Below are positions 11,546-20,905 of a DNA stretch of 64,000 nt, piece after piece. Origin of the DNA: an uncultured Actinomycetes bacterium (GTDB lineage Bacteria > Actinomycetota > Coriobacteriia > Anaerosomatales > PHET01); NCBI GenBank assembly GCA_963700665.1, contig CAVOYK010000001.1:542958-606957 (forward strand), given 5' to 3'. A program made the position numbers and the translations under genes. Below the pieces are notes generated by a model that was not told the origin of the DNA, did no database searches, and was given only the letters and a program-made list of their open reading frames with translations. The first letter of the stretch is position 1, and every line of letters starts with the position of its first letter.

Positions 11546-12739
11546 GCCCCGCGCACCTCGGCCAGGAAGCTCGTGCCGCGACCGCACTGCCCGGCAAGCC
11601 CGTAGAAGTCCAGCACCGACTCCCCGATGTCGCTGAACGTCGCTCGCGTGCCGAGCGCGACACCACGATCGACACCCTTCACGTACGCGATCAGCGGAGT
11701 GTACTCGCGAGAATGGTCCGTGGACGGTGTCGTCGGATCGCATCCGTGATCCGCCGTGATGATGAGCAGATCGCCGGCGATCATCGCGTCGAGCAGCTCG
11801 GGAATGCGCGCGTCGACCGCCTCCAGCCCGCGCGCGTAGCCTTCGGCATCGTTGCGATGACCCCACACCATGTCGAAGTCGACGAGATTGGCAAAGACGA
11901 ATCCGTTGTCCGTCGTCGTCGGCCACGCGCTTCACCAGGTTGTCGACGCCGTGCATGTTGTTCTCGGAGTGCGGCGACTCGCAGATGCCCCTCCAGGCGA
12001 AGATCTCGCCGATCTTGCCGATGCCGTACGACACGATTCCCTGCCCGGCCAGTACGTCGAGGACGGTCGGCTCGAACGGGGCAACGGCGAAGTCGCGTCG
12101 CCGGTGAGTCCGCGTGTAGGTGCCCGAATCGTCGGGACCGACGAACGGGCGCGCGATGACCCGGCCGACCGCATGCTCGCCGATGCAGACCCGCTCACGC
12201 GCGATCTTGCAGATGCGGTAGAGCTCCTCGATGCCGATCACCTCTTCGTGGGCGGCGATCTGGAAGACGCTGTCGGCACTGGTGTAGATGATCGGCTTGC
12301 CTGTCGCCACATGCTCATCGCCCAGTTCCTGGATGATCACCGTGCCGCTCGCCGGGTAGTTGCCCAGCCACCCGAGACCTGTCTCACGCTCGAACGCCGC
12401 CATGACGTCGGGTGGGAAGCCGTCGGGATAGGTGGGAAACGCGCTGGCCAGGGTGAGGCCCATCATCTCCCAGTGCCCGGTCGTCGTGTCCTTGCCGGCG
12501 CTGGCCTCGGCGTTTCTGCCCCACGAAGCTCGGGGCGTCGACGTAGGCGGAACACCCGAGACATCGGTGATGTTGCCGATTCCCATGGCGCCGAGATTCG
12601 GCAGGGTCAGCCCGCCGACGGCCGCAGCGGTGTTCGCGAGCGTGTTCGAGCCAGCGTCGCCGTACTCGTCGGCGTCGGGCAGCTCGCCGACACCGACGCT
12701 GTCGAGGACCAGCACGATCGCGCGCGGGCTCCTCCCCAT
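11542..12739 (-). CDS. deoB: Phosphopentomutase (frameshift near 11900)
   Basis: [37 protein letters not shown]; second frame [16 protein letters not shown]. Confidence 0.95.
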
Positions 12740-14410
12740 CTAGACCACCACCCGGTCGACTTCTTCGAGACTCGTGATTCCGGCCATGACCTTGTCCAAC
12801 GCGTCGCGGCGAAGAGTGCGCATACCACGACCGACGGCGGCCTGGCGAAGCTCAAAGGAGGGTGCGTTGTGCAGGAACAGGCTCTCCAGCTGGTCGTCGA
12901 ACTCCATCACCTCGAAGACCGCGATTCGACCCAGATATCCGGTCATGCCGCACTCGTGACATCCTCGTGGCTCGTAGACGACCAGTCCCATCGCTTCTTC
13001 TTCGCTCATGCCCGCCGCGACAAGCCGATCCCACGAGATATTCGCGGGCTCCTTGCAGTTGTCGCACAGCTTTCGCACCAGGCGTTGAGCAACCGCACCA
13101 CTCAGCCCCGACGACGTCACGTACGGGGGAACCCCCATATCCGTCAGTCGCGTCAGAGCCGATGGAGCGTCGTTGGTGTGGATCGACGTCAGGACCAGAT
13201 GCCCGGTGAGTGCCGACCTGACGGCGATCTCAGCGGTCTCGGGGTCTCTGACTTCGCCAACCATGACGACGTCGGGGTCCGACCGGAGAATCGTCCTCAA
13301 TCCTGCGGCGAAGGTCAGGCCGATCCGCGCGTTGACCGCCAGCTGAGTGACGTTCTCCATGCGGTACTCTATGGGATCTTCCACGGTGATGATCTTGCGC
13401 CCCGGATCGTTCACGGCGTGCAACAGAGCGTAGAGGGTCGTCGACTTGCCGGATCCGGTTGGCCCTGCGATCAGAAGGGCACCGTACGGCTTGCGCAGCA
13501 TCCGCTGGACGGTCTCCAAGTCCGCATCGGAGAGTCCCAGCTCCTCTAGAGCGATGAAAGCAACCTCGCTGTCGAGCAGACGCAGGGTGATCGCCTCGCC
13601 CTGTGGCGTGGGAAGCGTCGCGACGCGCAGGTCGAGATGCTTTCCGTCCACACGGATCCCGAATCTGCCGTCTTGGGGGCGGCGCCGCTCGGTGATGTCG
13701 AGATCGGCCATCACCTTGATCCTCGAGAGTAGTTCCGCCTGGGAGCTCTTGGGCAGCCCTGTGGCCTCTCGCAAGACACCGTCGACGCGGTAGCGCACGC
13801 GAACGCCACCCTCGCTGGGCTCGAAATGAATGTCGCTGGCTCGCTCGCGAACGGCGCCCTGCACGAGCTGGTTCACGATGCGCACGACCGCGACGTCCGC
13901 GTCGAGATCGGCATCACGACGGTCGTCGGTCTCCTCGGCGATGTGGCTGACGATCTCAAGCTCCTGCAGCGCGTCGGCTCCTGCTACGTACTTCTCGATC
14001 GCCATCTTGACCTGGTTCGATGCAGCGACTACGGGTTCGACCTTCATGCCGGTGATGAGCTCGGCCTCGTCTATCGCCTCCACGTCAAGAGGATCGGCCA
14101 TCGCCAGTATCAGTCGATCGCCAACGATGTCGAGCGGCAGAATACGTCTGCGGCGTGCTGTGCGCAGAGGCACCATCGTCACAACGGCCCGGTCGATCGG
14201 GTAGGCCGCCAGATTCACGTGTTCGAGACCCTTCTGGGCAGCAAGGGCCGAGGCGATCTGGTCATCAGTCAGGAGAAGGTCTCGAACGATGATCTCTCCG
14301 AGCTTGCCCCCCTCACGCGTCTGAGCGTCAAGACAGGCCTGGAGCTGCATGTCGTCTATCAGTCCCGCGGTCACGAGCAACTGACCGAGACGCTCCCTCG
14401 TGTAAGACAT
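12740..14410 (-). CDS. Type IV pilus / T2SS assembly ATPase (PilB/GspE) with N-terminal MshEN domain
   Basis: RLGQLLVTAGLI..QL..CL..Q N-terminus, ASDIHFEP, GPTGSGKSTT, LRSDPDVVMVGEVRD and a tetracysteine motif. Confidence 0.93.
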   Translation of the reverse strand: MSYTRERLGQLLVTAGLIDDMQLQACLDAQTREGGKLGEIIVRDLLLTDDQIASALAAQKGLEHVNLAAYPIDRAVVTMVPLRTARRRRILPLDIVGDRLILAMADPLDVEAIDEAELITGMKVEPVVAASNQVKMAIEKYVAGADALQELEIVSHIAEETDDRRDADLDADVAVVRIVNQLVQGAVRERASDIHFEPSEGGVRVRYRVDGVLREATGLPKSSQAELLSRIKVMADLDITERRRPQDGRFGIRVDGKHLDLRVATLPTPQGEAITLRLLDSEVAFIALEELGLSDADLETVQRMLRKPYGALLIAGPTGSGKSTTLYALLHAVNDPGRKIITVEDPIEYRMENVTQLAVNARIGLTFAAGLRTILRSDPDVVMVGEVRDPETAEIAVRSALTGHLVLTSIHTNDAPSALTRLTDMGVPPYVTSSGLSGAVAQRLVRKLCDNCKEPANISWDRLVAAGMSEEEAMGLVVYEPRGCHECGMTGYLGRIAVFEVMEFDDQLESLFLHNAPSFELRQAAVGRGMRTLRRDALDKVMAGITSLEEVDRVVV

Positions 14411-14456
14411 TCAATCTCCCTCAAAGACGGTACAGAGCATGGCGTCCTAGCAGAAT

Positions 14457-14744
14457 CTACCCCCTGGAACGCACACGGCTGAGTAGAAACTCCAAAGCGA
14501 GCACGACCACGATGGTGAGCGCCGCGTTCACGTCGAAAATGCCTCCGTACGGAGTCTTGATGGCTTCAACGCCGAAGGAGATCGTGATCGGGTCTGTGAG
14601 TGCGACGATGACCTCGCCCCACCGTTGCGAAGACAACTGACCGAAGAACAGAACCACCAAGCGGACGGTTTCGGCGATCGCGACGACCACGAGAATGTCC
14701 ATCACGATCGTCAGGATGGTTCGAAGGGGCTTCACGTCGGCCAC
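14457..14744 (-). CDS. Small membrane protein, YggT-like
   Basis: GTG after GGGAGG; two hydrophobic segments around LTDPI..F...GGIFD, which resembles YggT. Confidence 0.55.
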   Translation of the reverse strand: MADVKPLRTILTIVMDILVVVAIAETVRLVVLFFGQLSSQRWGEVIVALTDPITISFGVEAIKTPYGGIFDVNAALTIVVVLALEFLLSRVRSRG

Positions 14745-14821
14745 GACTGCCTCCCGAGGTCGCACGAGTGTGACCCCGATTATGGGCATACCCGGGCGCG
14801 AGCGCTACCGCGTCTTGGCTA

Positions 14822-15076
14822 TCAGCGCAGCCAGTCGGACATGATGCGACACATCATCTTCTCTGCGATGAGCCTCGAATCGAGGTCGCCCTCGTTCAGC
14901 CAGACGCGGGCGTGTTCGATCCTGTCCGAGCGCACCTCCGGAGCGGACCGTGCCACCGCCTCGGCAGCTTCGAGAACCGCCGGGGCGACGTCGGCATCGT
15001 CGGGTTGTTGCGGAGGCGGGCTACCGGCTCGAAGGCTCTGTGCCACCAGCCGCGCTTGGTCGTCTGAGATGATCAT
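14822..15076 (-). CDS. FlgM-like anti-sigma28 factor
   Basis: 84 aa; C-terminus PEVRSDRIEHARVWLNEGDLDSRLIAEKMM resembles the FlgM consensus; sigma28-type promoter directly upstream. Confidence 0.65.
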   Translation of the reverse strand: MIISDDQARLVAQSLRAGSPPPQQPDDADVAPAVLEAAEAVARSAPEVRSDRIEHARVWLNEGDLDSRLIAEKMMCRIMSDWLR

Positions 15077-15083
15077 GTGCTCC

Positions 15084-15111
15084 GTATCGGCACTGGTCCA
15101 AACGCACTTGA
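15084..15111 (-). promoter_or_regulatory. Sigma28 (FliA/SigD/WhiG)-type promoter
   Basis: TCAA-N16-GCCGATAC, 7 nt before the ATG of the FlgM-like gene. Confidence 0.65.
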
Positions 15112-15113
15112 AG

Positions 15114-15280
15114 CACTTCACAAAACCACCCTGAAGTGACTGTGACCGATGACCAATGCGCCCCGAGCGACGTCCGCTCGACAGGCGGGGGCCGCCGGAT
15201 TCTCCCCAGAAAATGGGGGAGCCCCAAGGCCGGCACCTTGAGGCTCAGGGGTAAGGGGTTGCATTCGCATGCAACTCTTG
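15114..15280 (-). ncRNA. Candidate structured RNA or long 5' leader, family unassigned
   Basis: Five or more hairpins in about 170 nt (e.g. GUUGCAU-GCGA-AUGCAAC and GAGCCUCAAGG/CCUUGGGGCUC), directly downstream of a sigma70-type promoter. Confidence 0.4.
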
Positions 15281-15286
15281 AGGCAA

Positions 15287-15315
15287 ATGCTAGCACCGAC
15301 GTTCTCGGTTCGCAA
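15287..15315 (-). promoter_or_regulatory. Sigma70-type promoter
   Basis: TTGCGA-N17-TAGCAT with a TG extension. Confidence 0.55.
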
Positions 15316-15332
15316 TACCGCGCCAAAGGGAC

Positions 15333-16817
15333 CTACAGAAGGAATCCTCGAAGGGCAGACGAGAAGGGCATCACGAGTGGGGCCAGCCCCAGGACCAGAA
15401 CGGCTAGCGCAAGCAAGATCACCACGCCCTCGGACACGCTGGCCTGCCCGGATTCGCGACCCGGTTCATCGGTCGGTCGGCTGTAGATGACGCGAACCAC
15501 CGAACCGTAGTAGCCCACCGAGATCACCGATCCAAGGATGCCTACGAGAGCGAGAACGCCGAAGAGCACGGCGAGGTTGATCGTCGCAGGCTGTCGAAAC
15601 CCGACCGCGAGAACCACAGCTGCCCTGAAGGCCTGCAGCTTGCCCCAGAAGCCGAGAAGCGGCGGGATTCCAGCCAAGGACAACACCAGCACGCTCAGCG
15701 CGAGCCCCAAGAGCGGCCGTCGGCGAGCCGCACCGGCAAGTTGCCGGGTCGAGCCATCCCAATCTGGGTTCTCGATGCTGAAGGCGTGAGCGGCGACAAA
15801 GGTGCCTGTTGAGGCGATGGCGTACGTGCACGCGAAGAAGACGGCTGCCGAGTGGTTGCCCGCAGCAACGGCGATCAGCGCGTAGCCCACCTGCGCCACG
15901 CCTGCGTACGCGAGCATGCGTGTGTACGACTTCTGGCGCCACGCCAGAAGCGAGCCCACGAGCACCGAGAGCACCGCGATCCCCGCGACCACAGGGAAGA
16001 GCTGCGATCCCAGCAGGCCCATGGGGCGAGCTTGCGTGGCTCCAGCACTGCCGATCACCACGGCGACCGTCGCAAGCGAGGTGATCATGGCCAGCTTGAC
16101 CGGGCCGGCCAGAAAAGCCGCCACCGGCCTGGGCGCGGTCTCGTACGCGTCAGGGGCCCACGAGTGGAACGGCGCGCCGCCCGTCTTGAAGACGAGACCG
16201 GCGAGCAGCAGCGTCATCGCGAAAAGGAGCGGTAGGCGGGGACCTTGCTCGATGGAGCCGACGATGTCCGGATAGGAGCCGCTTGACGCGTAAGCGCCTA
16301 CGAGCACCGCTGCCGCGAGCGCGATGAGCGCGGTGACTACGGCTCCCTGCACGAGGTACTTCATCGCCGCCTCCGACGACGCCCGCGTGCGCGTGGCAGC
16401 CACGAGGGCGTATCCACTGGCGGCCGCAATCTCCAGTGCGATGAGCAGGGTCACGACATCGGTTGCCTGCGCGGCAACGCCCGCACCCACCGATGCGAGG
16501 CACACAAGTGCGGTCTGCTGAGCGATCGAAGCGCCCTCCGACTCAGTCGATGCAGTCGACAGCGCGCACACGCCCCCCAAGACCCCGACGAGTCCCGCCA
16601 CGCCGGAGAACGCGGCGCCGGATATGAAACTCCCATAGGTGACCGTCGGCGGTACCGTCCAGGAGGCGTACAGGGACACCCCTCCTCCGGCGACAAGGAG
16701 CAACGCGGAGAGTCGGGACGCGCCCGTGCCTCTCCCCAGGCCGTCTCCAGCCAAGGCGAGCAGGGATGCGACCCCGAAGGCGCCGAATGTTAGGGCGAAG
16801 ACAGTCTCGGCCGCCAC
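15333..16817 (-). CDS. nuoN: NADH-quinone oxidoreductase subunit N
   Basis: EAAMKYL, FKTGGAPFHSWAPDAYE, RMLAYAGVAQ.GY and LSLAGIPPL.GF.GK. Confidence 0.93.
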   Translation of the reverse strand: MAAETVFALTFGAFGVASLLALAGDGLGRGTGASRLSALLLVAGGGVSLYASWTVPPTVTYGSFISGAAFSGVAGLVGVLGGVCALSTASTESEGASIAQQTALVCLASVGAGVAAQATDVVTLLIALEIAAASGYALVAATRTRASSEAAMKYLVQGAVVTALIALAAAVLVGAYASSGSYPDIVGSIEQGPRLPLLFAMTLLLAGLVFKTGGAPFHSWAPDAYETAPRPVAAFLAGPVKLAMITSLATVAVVIGSAGATQARPMGLLGSQLFPVVAGIAVLSVLVGSLLAWRQKSYTRMLAYAGVAQVGYALIAVAAGNHSAAVFFACTYAIASTGTFVAAHAFSIENPDWDGSTRQLAGAARRRPLLGLALSVLVLSLAGIPPLLGFWGKLQAFRAAVVLAVGFRQPATINLAVLFGVLALVGILGSVISVGYYGSVVRVIYSRPTDEPGRESGQASVSEGVVILLALAVLVLGLAPLVMPFSSALRGFLL

Positions 16818-18260
16818 TCACGCCCCCGTTTCCAGCAGGCGGGTCAGCGTCTCGACCGCAGCGTGCGACATGTTGACGATCACCCAAGGCGCCACGCCCA
16901 GCACAAGGATGCCGGCGGCCATCGCCGTACTCGTAGCGACTTGGCGGCTATCGAGATCAGGGAGCTCCCCGAAGTCTCCGACCGGTCCTTGGACAGACGC
17001 GCGAACGGCCCTCAGGTTGTAGGCAGCAGCCAGTACGACTCCCAGACCTACTGCGATGACGACCCAGCCGTAGGCAGAGTACGTTTCCAAGATAGTGACG
17101 AACTCTCCCGGGAAACCTGAGAGAGCGGGTAGACCGGCCGACGCCAACGACGCGAACACGAAGGCCATGGCCCATCTCGGCGTTACGGACCCCAGACCGC
17201 CGAATCGAGACAGCTCGCGAGTGTGAGTTCTTTCGTACAAAACGCCCACAAGATAGAAGAGCATGCCGGCGACGAAGCCGTGGCTCACCATAGTGAGAAG
17301 CGCCGCGCTCAGACCGTCGGCGCCGCCGGTCGAGATGGCGAGAACCACGAAGCCCATGTGCGCAACGGACGAGTACGCCACAAGCCTCTTCAAGTCGGTT
17401 TGCACGAGAGCAGTCGCCGCACCCCAGATGATGCCGATGACGCCCAGCGCGGCCAACACGGAGCGCCCGGACGCAAACGCCGTGGGGGCAAGTGGCAGGG
17501 CGATTCGAAGAAGCCCGTAGCCGCCCATCTTGAGCAACACTCCGGCAAGCACTATCGACCCCGCGGTAGGGGCCTCGGTGTGCGCGTCGGGCAGCCACGT
17601 GTGGACTGGAACGACAGGCAACTTCACCAAGAAACCGGCTGCCATCAGCCAAAACACGAGTTCCGGTGAGGCTATCGCGTCACGCCCGGCGATCAGGTCT
17701 ACTATCGAGATCGCTCCGACCGATGTCCAAGCCACCAGGATGCCGACCAGCAGCAGACCCCCGCCCGCGAACGTGTAGACAAGGAACTTCATCGCGGCCT
17801 TGCGAGAGTTCGCGGAGCCCCACCCCGCAATGAGCAGGAACATCGGAATCAACACCGACTCCCAGGCTATGTAGAACAAGATGACGTTGTCGGCAAGAAA
17901 GACCGCGGCCACCGCCGCCTGCAGCAAGAGCAGCAGCGCGAAGTGAGCCCCACTTCGCTCGGACACCTTCCAAGAAGCCGATATGGCGATGATTCCGATG
18001 AACGACGTGAGTACCAGAAGCGGCGTCGACAATCCGTCGGTGGAGAGTCCCCATACTCCACCCAGCGCGCCCGCATCGGCGCCCACGAGCCGAGCTCCAG
18101 CGAAGATCCCTGCTGGACCGAGCGCCATCAACAGGCCGCCTTGAGCCGCGGCGGCGGCCAGAGCTATCCACCGGGGTGCCTCAGGCCAGCTTCTGGACAC
18201 CAGGACCGCTATCGGCGCGAGCACCAGCGGAATCAGCACGATGAGATCGAGGGCGAGCAT
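16818..18260 (-). CDS. nuoM: NADH-quinone oxidoreductase subunit M
   Basis: FYIAWE, VKLP.VP.HTWLPDAHTEAP, LLKMGGYG and DLKRLVAYSSVAHMG. Confidence 0.95.
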   Translation of the reverse strand: MLALDLIVLIPLVLAPIAVLVSRSWPEAPRWIALAAAAAQGGLLMALGPAGIFAGARLVGADAGALGGVWGLSTDGLSTPLLVLTSFIGIIAISASWKVSERSGAHFALLLLLQAAVAAVFLADNVILFYIAWESVLIPMFLLIAGWGSANSRKAAMKFLVYTFAGGGLLLVGILVAWTSVGAISIVDLIAGRDAIASPELVFWLMAAGFLVKLPVVPVHTWLPDAHTEAPTAGSIVLAGVLLKMGGYGLLRIALPLAPTAFASGRSVLAALGVIGIIWGAATALVQTDLKRLVAYSSVAHMGFVVLAISTGGADGLSAALLTMVSHGFVAGMLFYLVGVLYERTHTRELSRFGGLGSVTPRWAMAFVFASLASAGLPALSGFPGEFVTILETYSAYGWVVIAVGLGVVLAAAYNLRAVRASVQGPVGDFGELPDLDSRQVATSTAMAAGILVLGVAPWVIVNMSHAAVETLTRLLETGA

Positions 18261-18265
18261 CTGCC

Positions 18266-20118
18266 TCACCGCCCCCCTACTGCGACGGCTACCAGCATGG
18301 CCGCGACGCCAACGGCAATCGCCAGCGCGTAGCCCTGGCCATCGCCGGTCTGAAGCCGCGAGAGGGCCGTTCCCGATATCCTCACGAGCGCCGCGGTGCC
18401 GTCCACCGCACCGTCGATCAAGAGCCGGTCGCCCCACGCCCACAGCACCCTACACAGAGTCACTGTCGGCCGCACAACGAGGCGGTCGACCAACGCGTCC
18501 CAGCCAAAGCCAGAGCGCAGAACCAGCCCGATCTTGCCAAGCCGTTGCATGAACGCCGAGTCGCGGCCGGTGTCTTTGCCGATCGAGCCATCCGGCCGTC
18601 CCGCCGGCCAGCGCCAAGGTGACAGCGAGCGCCGAGACGCCGAGCGCGAGGGGCTCGGCCTCGGCACCGAGCAACTCAGCCATCTGGGACCCGAACCAGC
18701 CAAGACCCACGGCCAAGGCAGCGAGCACCACCAGCGGTCCGAGCATCGAGCGTGGGCTCTCGTGCGGGTGAGCTTCGGCAGGCGTGGAGCCGAAGAAGGC
18801 GAGCCGAGTGGCGCGTGCCATGTAGAACGCGGTCAAGGCGCTGGCCGCAAGCAATGCCCACCCGGCGACGGGCGCATCGTGCAGCACCGCCTCGAGAACG
18901 GCGTCCTTGCTGAAGAACCCCGCGAACCCCGGGATGCCGGCGAGTGCCAACGCGCCCACAAGCCATGTGGCAAACGTGACCGGCATCGCCTTGCGCAACC
19001 CACCCATCTCGTGCAAGTCCTGCGTACCGGATCCGTGTATGACACTGCCGGAGCCCAGGAAGAGCAATCCCTTGAACGCCGCGTGGGTGACCAGGTGGAA
19101 GAAGGCCGCCGCCCATGCCCCCACGCCGAGTGCGGCGAACATGAACCCCAGCTGACTGATGGTCGAGAATGCAAGGACCTTCTTGATGTCGCGCTGGACG
19201 ACTGCGATCAGCGCCGCGCCTAGGGCGGAAATGGCACCCGCAGCCAGCACGAGTTCGCGCGCGCCGGGAGCGAGCTCGAAGATCGGCCACACTCTCACGA
19301 TCAGGAAGACTCCCGCTGCAACCATCGTCGCAGCGTGTATGAGCGCCGAGACCGGCGTGGGACCCTCCATCGCATCGGGCAGCCACGCGTGAAGCGGGAA
19401 CTGCGCGGACTTGCCCATGGCCCCGATCGCGATGCAGATGGCCGCGGCCTGCAGCAGCCCCGCCGGCATGGGCTCGATGCGTGCGATGACCTCTTGGTAG
19501 GCAAGCGACCCCGTGGCCCACCACAGCACGGACAGCCCCACCAGCAGTCCCACGTCGCCTACTCGCGTGGTAAGGAACGCCTTGACCGCCGCCGCCGCGG
19601 CCGTCGGCTTCTCGAACCAGAATCCGATGAGCAGGTAGGAACACGCGCCTACCAGCTCCCAGCCGATGAACAACCCCACGAACGAGTCGGCTATCACCAG
19701 CAAGGACATCGATCCGGTGAAGAGCGACAGCAGGGCGAAGTAGCGGTTCCAGCCCTTGTCGTCAGCCATGTAGCCCACCGAGAAGACCACGACACACAGA
19801 GCGACAACGCCCACGACGCGCGAGCATCACCGCGGTCAGCGAGTCGATAGCCCAGCCAACGCCGAGCGGACCGCGTCCCACCGTGAACCACGGCAGGCTG
19901 CCTTCGGACACAAGGGCGCTCGTCCAGGGCGACGCCGTGGCCGTCGTGCCAAAGGCAGCCCTCCCCGCCGAGAAGGACAGAGAGATGACCATCAGCGGGC
20001 CCAACGCCGCGATCCACGGCGCGAGACCCTTTCTGGCAGGCCCGAGTAGCGCGATCACGGCAGCCAGAAGGAACGGCAACCCCACGACGACCCAAGGTGA
20101 GTGGAGAATGAGAGGCAT
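18266..20118 (-). CDS. nuoL: NADH-quinone oxidoreductase subunit L (indels near 19815 and 18550)
   Basis: WELVGACSYLLIGFW, GKSAQFPLHAWLPDAMEGPTPVSALIHAATMV and HAAFKGLLF. Confidence 0.95.
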
Positions 20119-20417
20119 CAGCCCTTCACCTCCGACATCTCGTCGATGCGGGTGGTGCCCATTCGCCTGGCAACCGCAACGAGCAGAGCAAGTCCGACGG
20201 CCGCTTCTGCCGCCGCAAGCACGATGACCAGGAGCGCGACCGCCTGGATCGTCGCCGGATCGGAGCCCCTGTTGAGTGCTCCGACAGACGTGAGCACAAG
20301 AAGCGCCGCACCCATCATCACCTCGACCGAGGCGAGGATCGCGACCACGTCCCGCCGGGTGAGGACCCCGTACAGCCCGATGGAGAAGAGGGCGCCTGTG
20401 ATGACCAGAACGCTCAC
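20118..20417 (-). CDS. nuoK: NADH-quinone oxidoreductase subunit K
   Basis: LFSIGLYGVLTRR, SVEVM and AAAEAAVGLALLV. Confidence 0.93.
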   Translation of the reverse strand: MSVLVITGALFSIGLYGVLTRRDVVAILASVEVMMGAALLVLTSVGALNRGSDPATIQAVALLVIVLAAAEAAVGLALLVAVARRMGTTRIDEMSEVKG

Positions 20418-20905
20418 TCGCTGCCCCCTGAGATAGAAACGACCGCCACCAAGGCGGCAAGAAGGAGCACGCCGGCCAGCTCGAACTGCGGCAGCAACGG
20501 GCCCAAGAGAGCCGCACCCAGCGCGTCGACCGCACCCGCGCCAGGCCCATCTGAAGGAGTGAAACCCGCTGCCAGCGGGCGGAGGAACACTACCAGGAAT
20601 CCGAACACGCCAGCCGACGCCACCACTGCCAGCAGATCGTGACGACTCTCCAGGGATGGTGAACCGGGGGCAGACCGATGCACCAGCATGATCGCGAACA
20701 GGAGCAGCACCAGGACGCCGCCGACGTAGACGAATATCTCCGCAAGAGCGAGGAACCCGAAGCCGAACAACGCGAAGAAGCCAGCGACCGCAAGCAGGAA
20801 CGCGCCGAGACCGAGCGCCATTCGCATGACTTCGCGCGAGAAGACGACTGCCACCGCACCGATGATCGCGAGGGTCGACAGACCCCAGAACAGTGCCGAC
20901 GTCAT
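20414..20905 (-). CDS. nuoJ: NADH-quinone oxidoreductase subunit J
   Basis: VYVGGVLVLLLFAIML and FELAGVLLLAALV. Confidence 0.93.
   Translation of the reverse strand: MTSALFWGLSTLAIIGAVAVVFSREVMRMALGLGAFLLAVAGFFALFGFGFLALAEIFVYVGGVLVLLLFAIMLVHRSAPGSPSLESRHDLLAVVASAGVFGFLVVFLRPLAAGFTPSDGPGAGAVDALGAALLGPLLPQFELAGVLLLAALVAVVSISGGSE

Noticed and set aside
10577-12739. 720-aa DeoB-Pdp fusion ORF
   Set aside because: An indel near 11900 bypasses the true DeoB C-terminus, which is in another frame (stop at 11542). pdp has its own GTG at 11545.
15114-15280. c-di-AMP (ydaO) or c-di-GMP riboswitch assignment
   Set aside because: TGGGGAGAATCC resembles one ydaO segment, but the CCCGAA..CGTCAGCTAAC part is missing and no GEMM motif is present.
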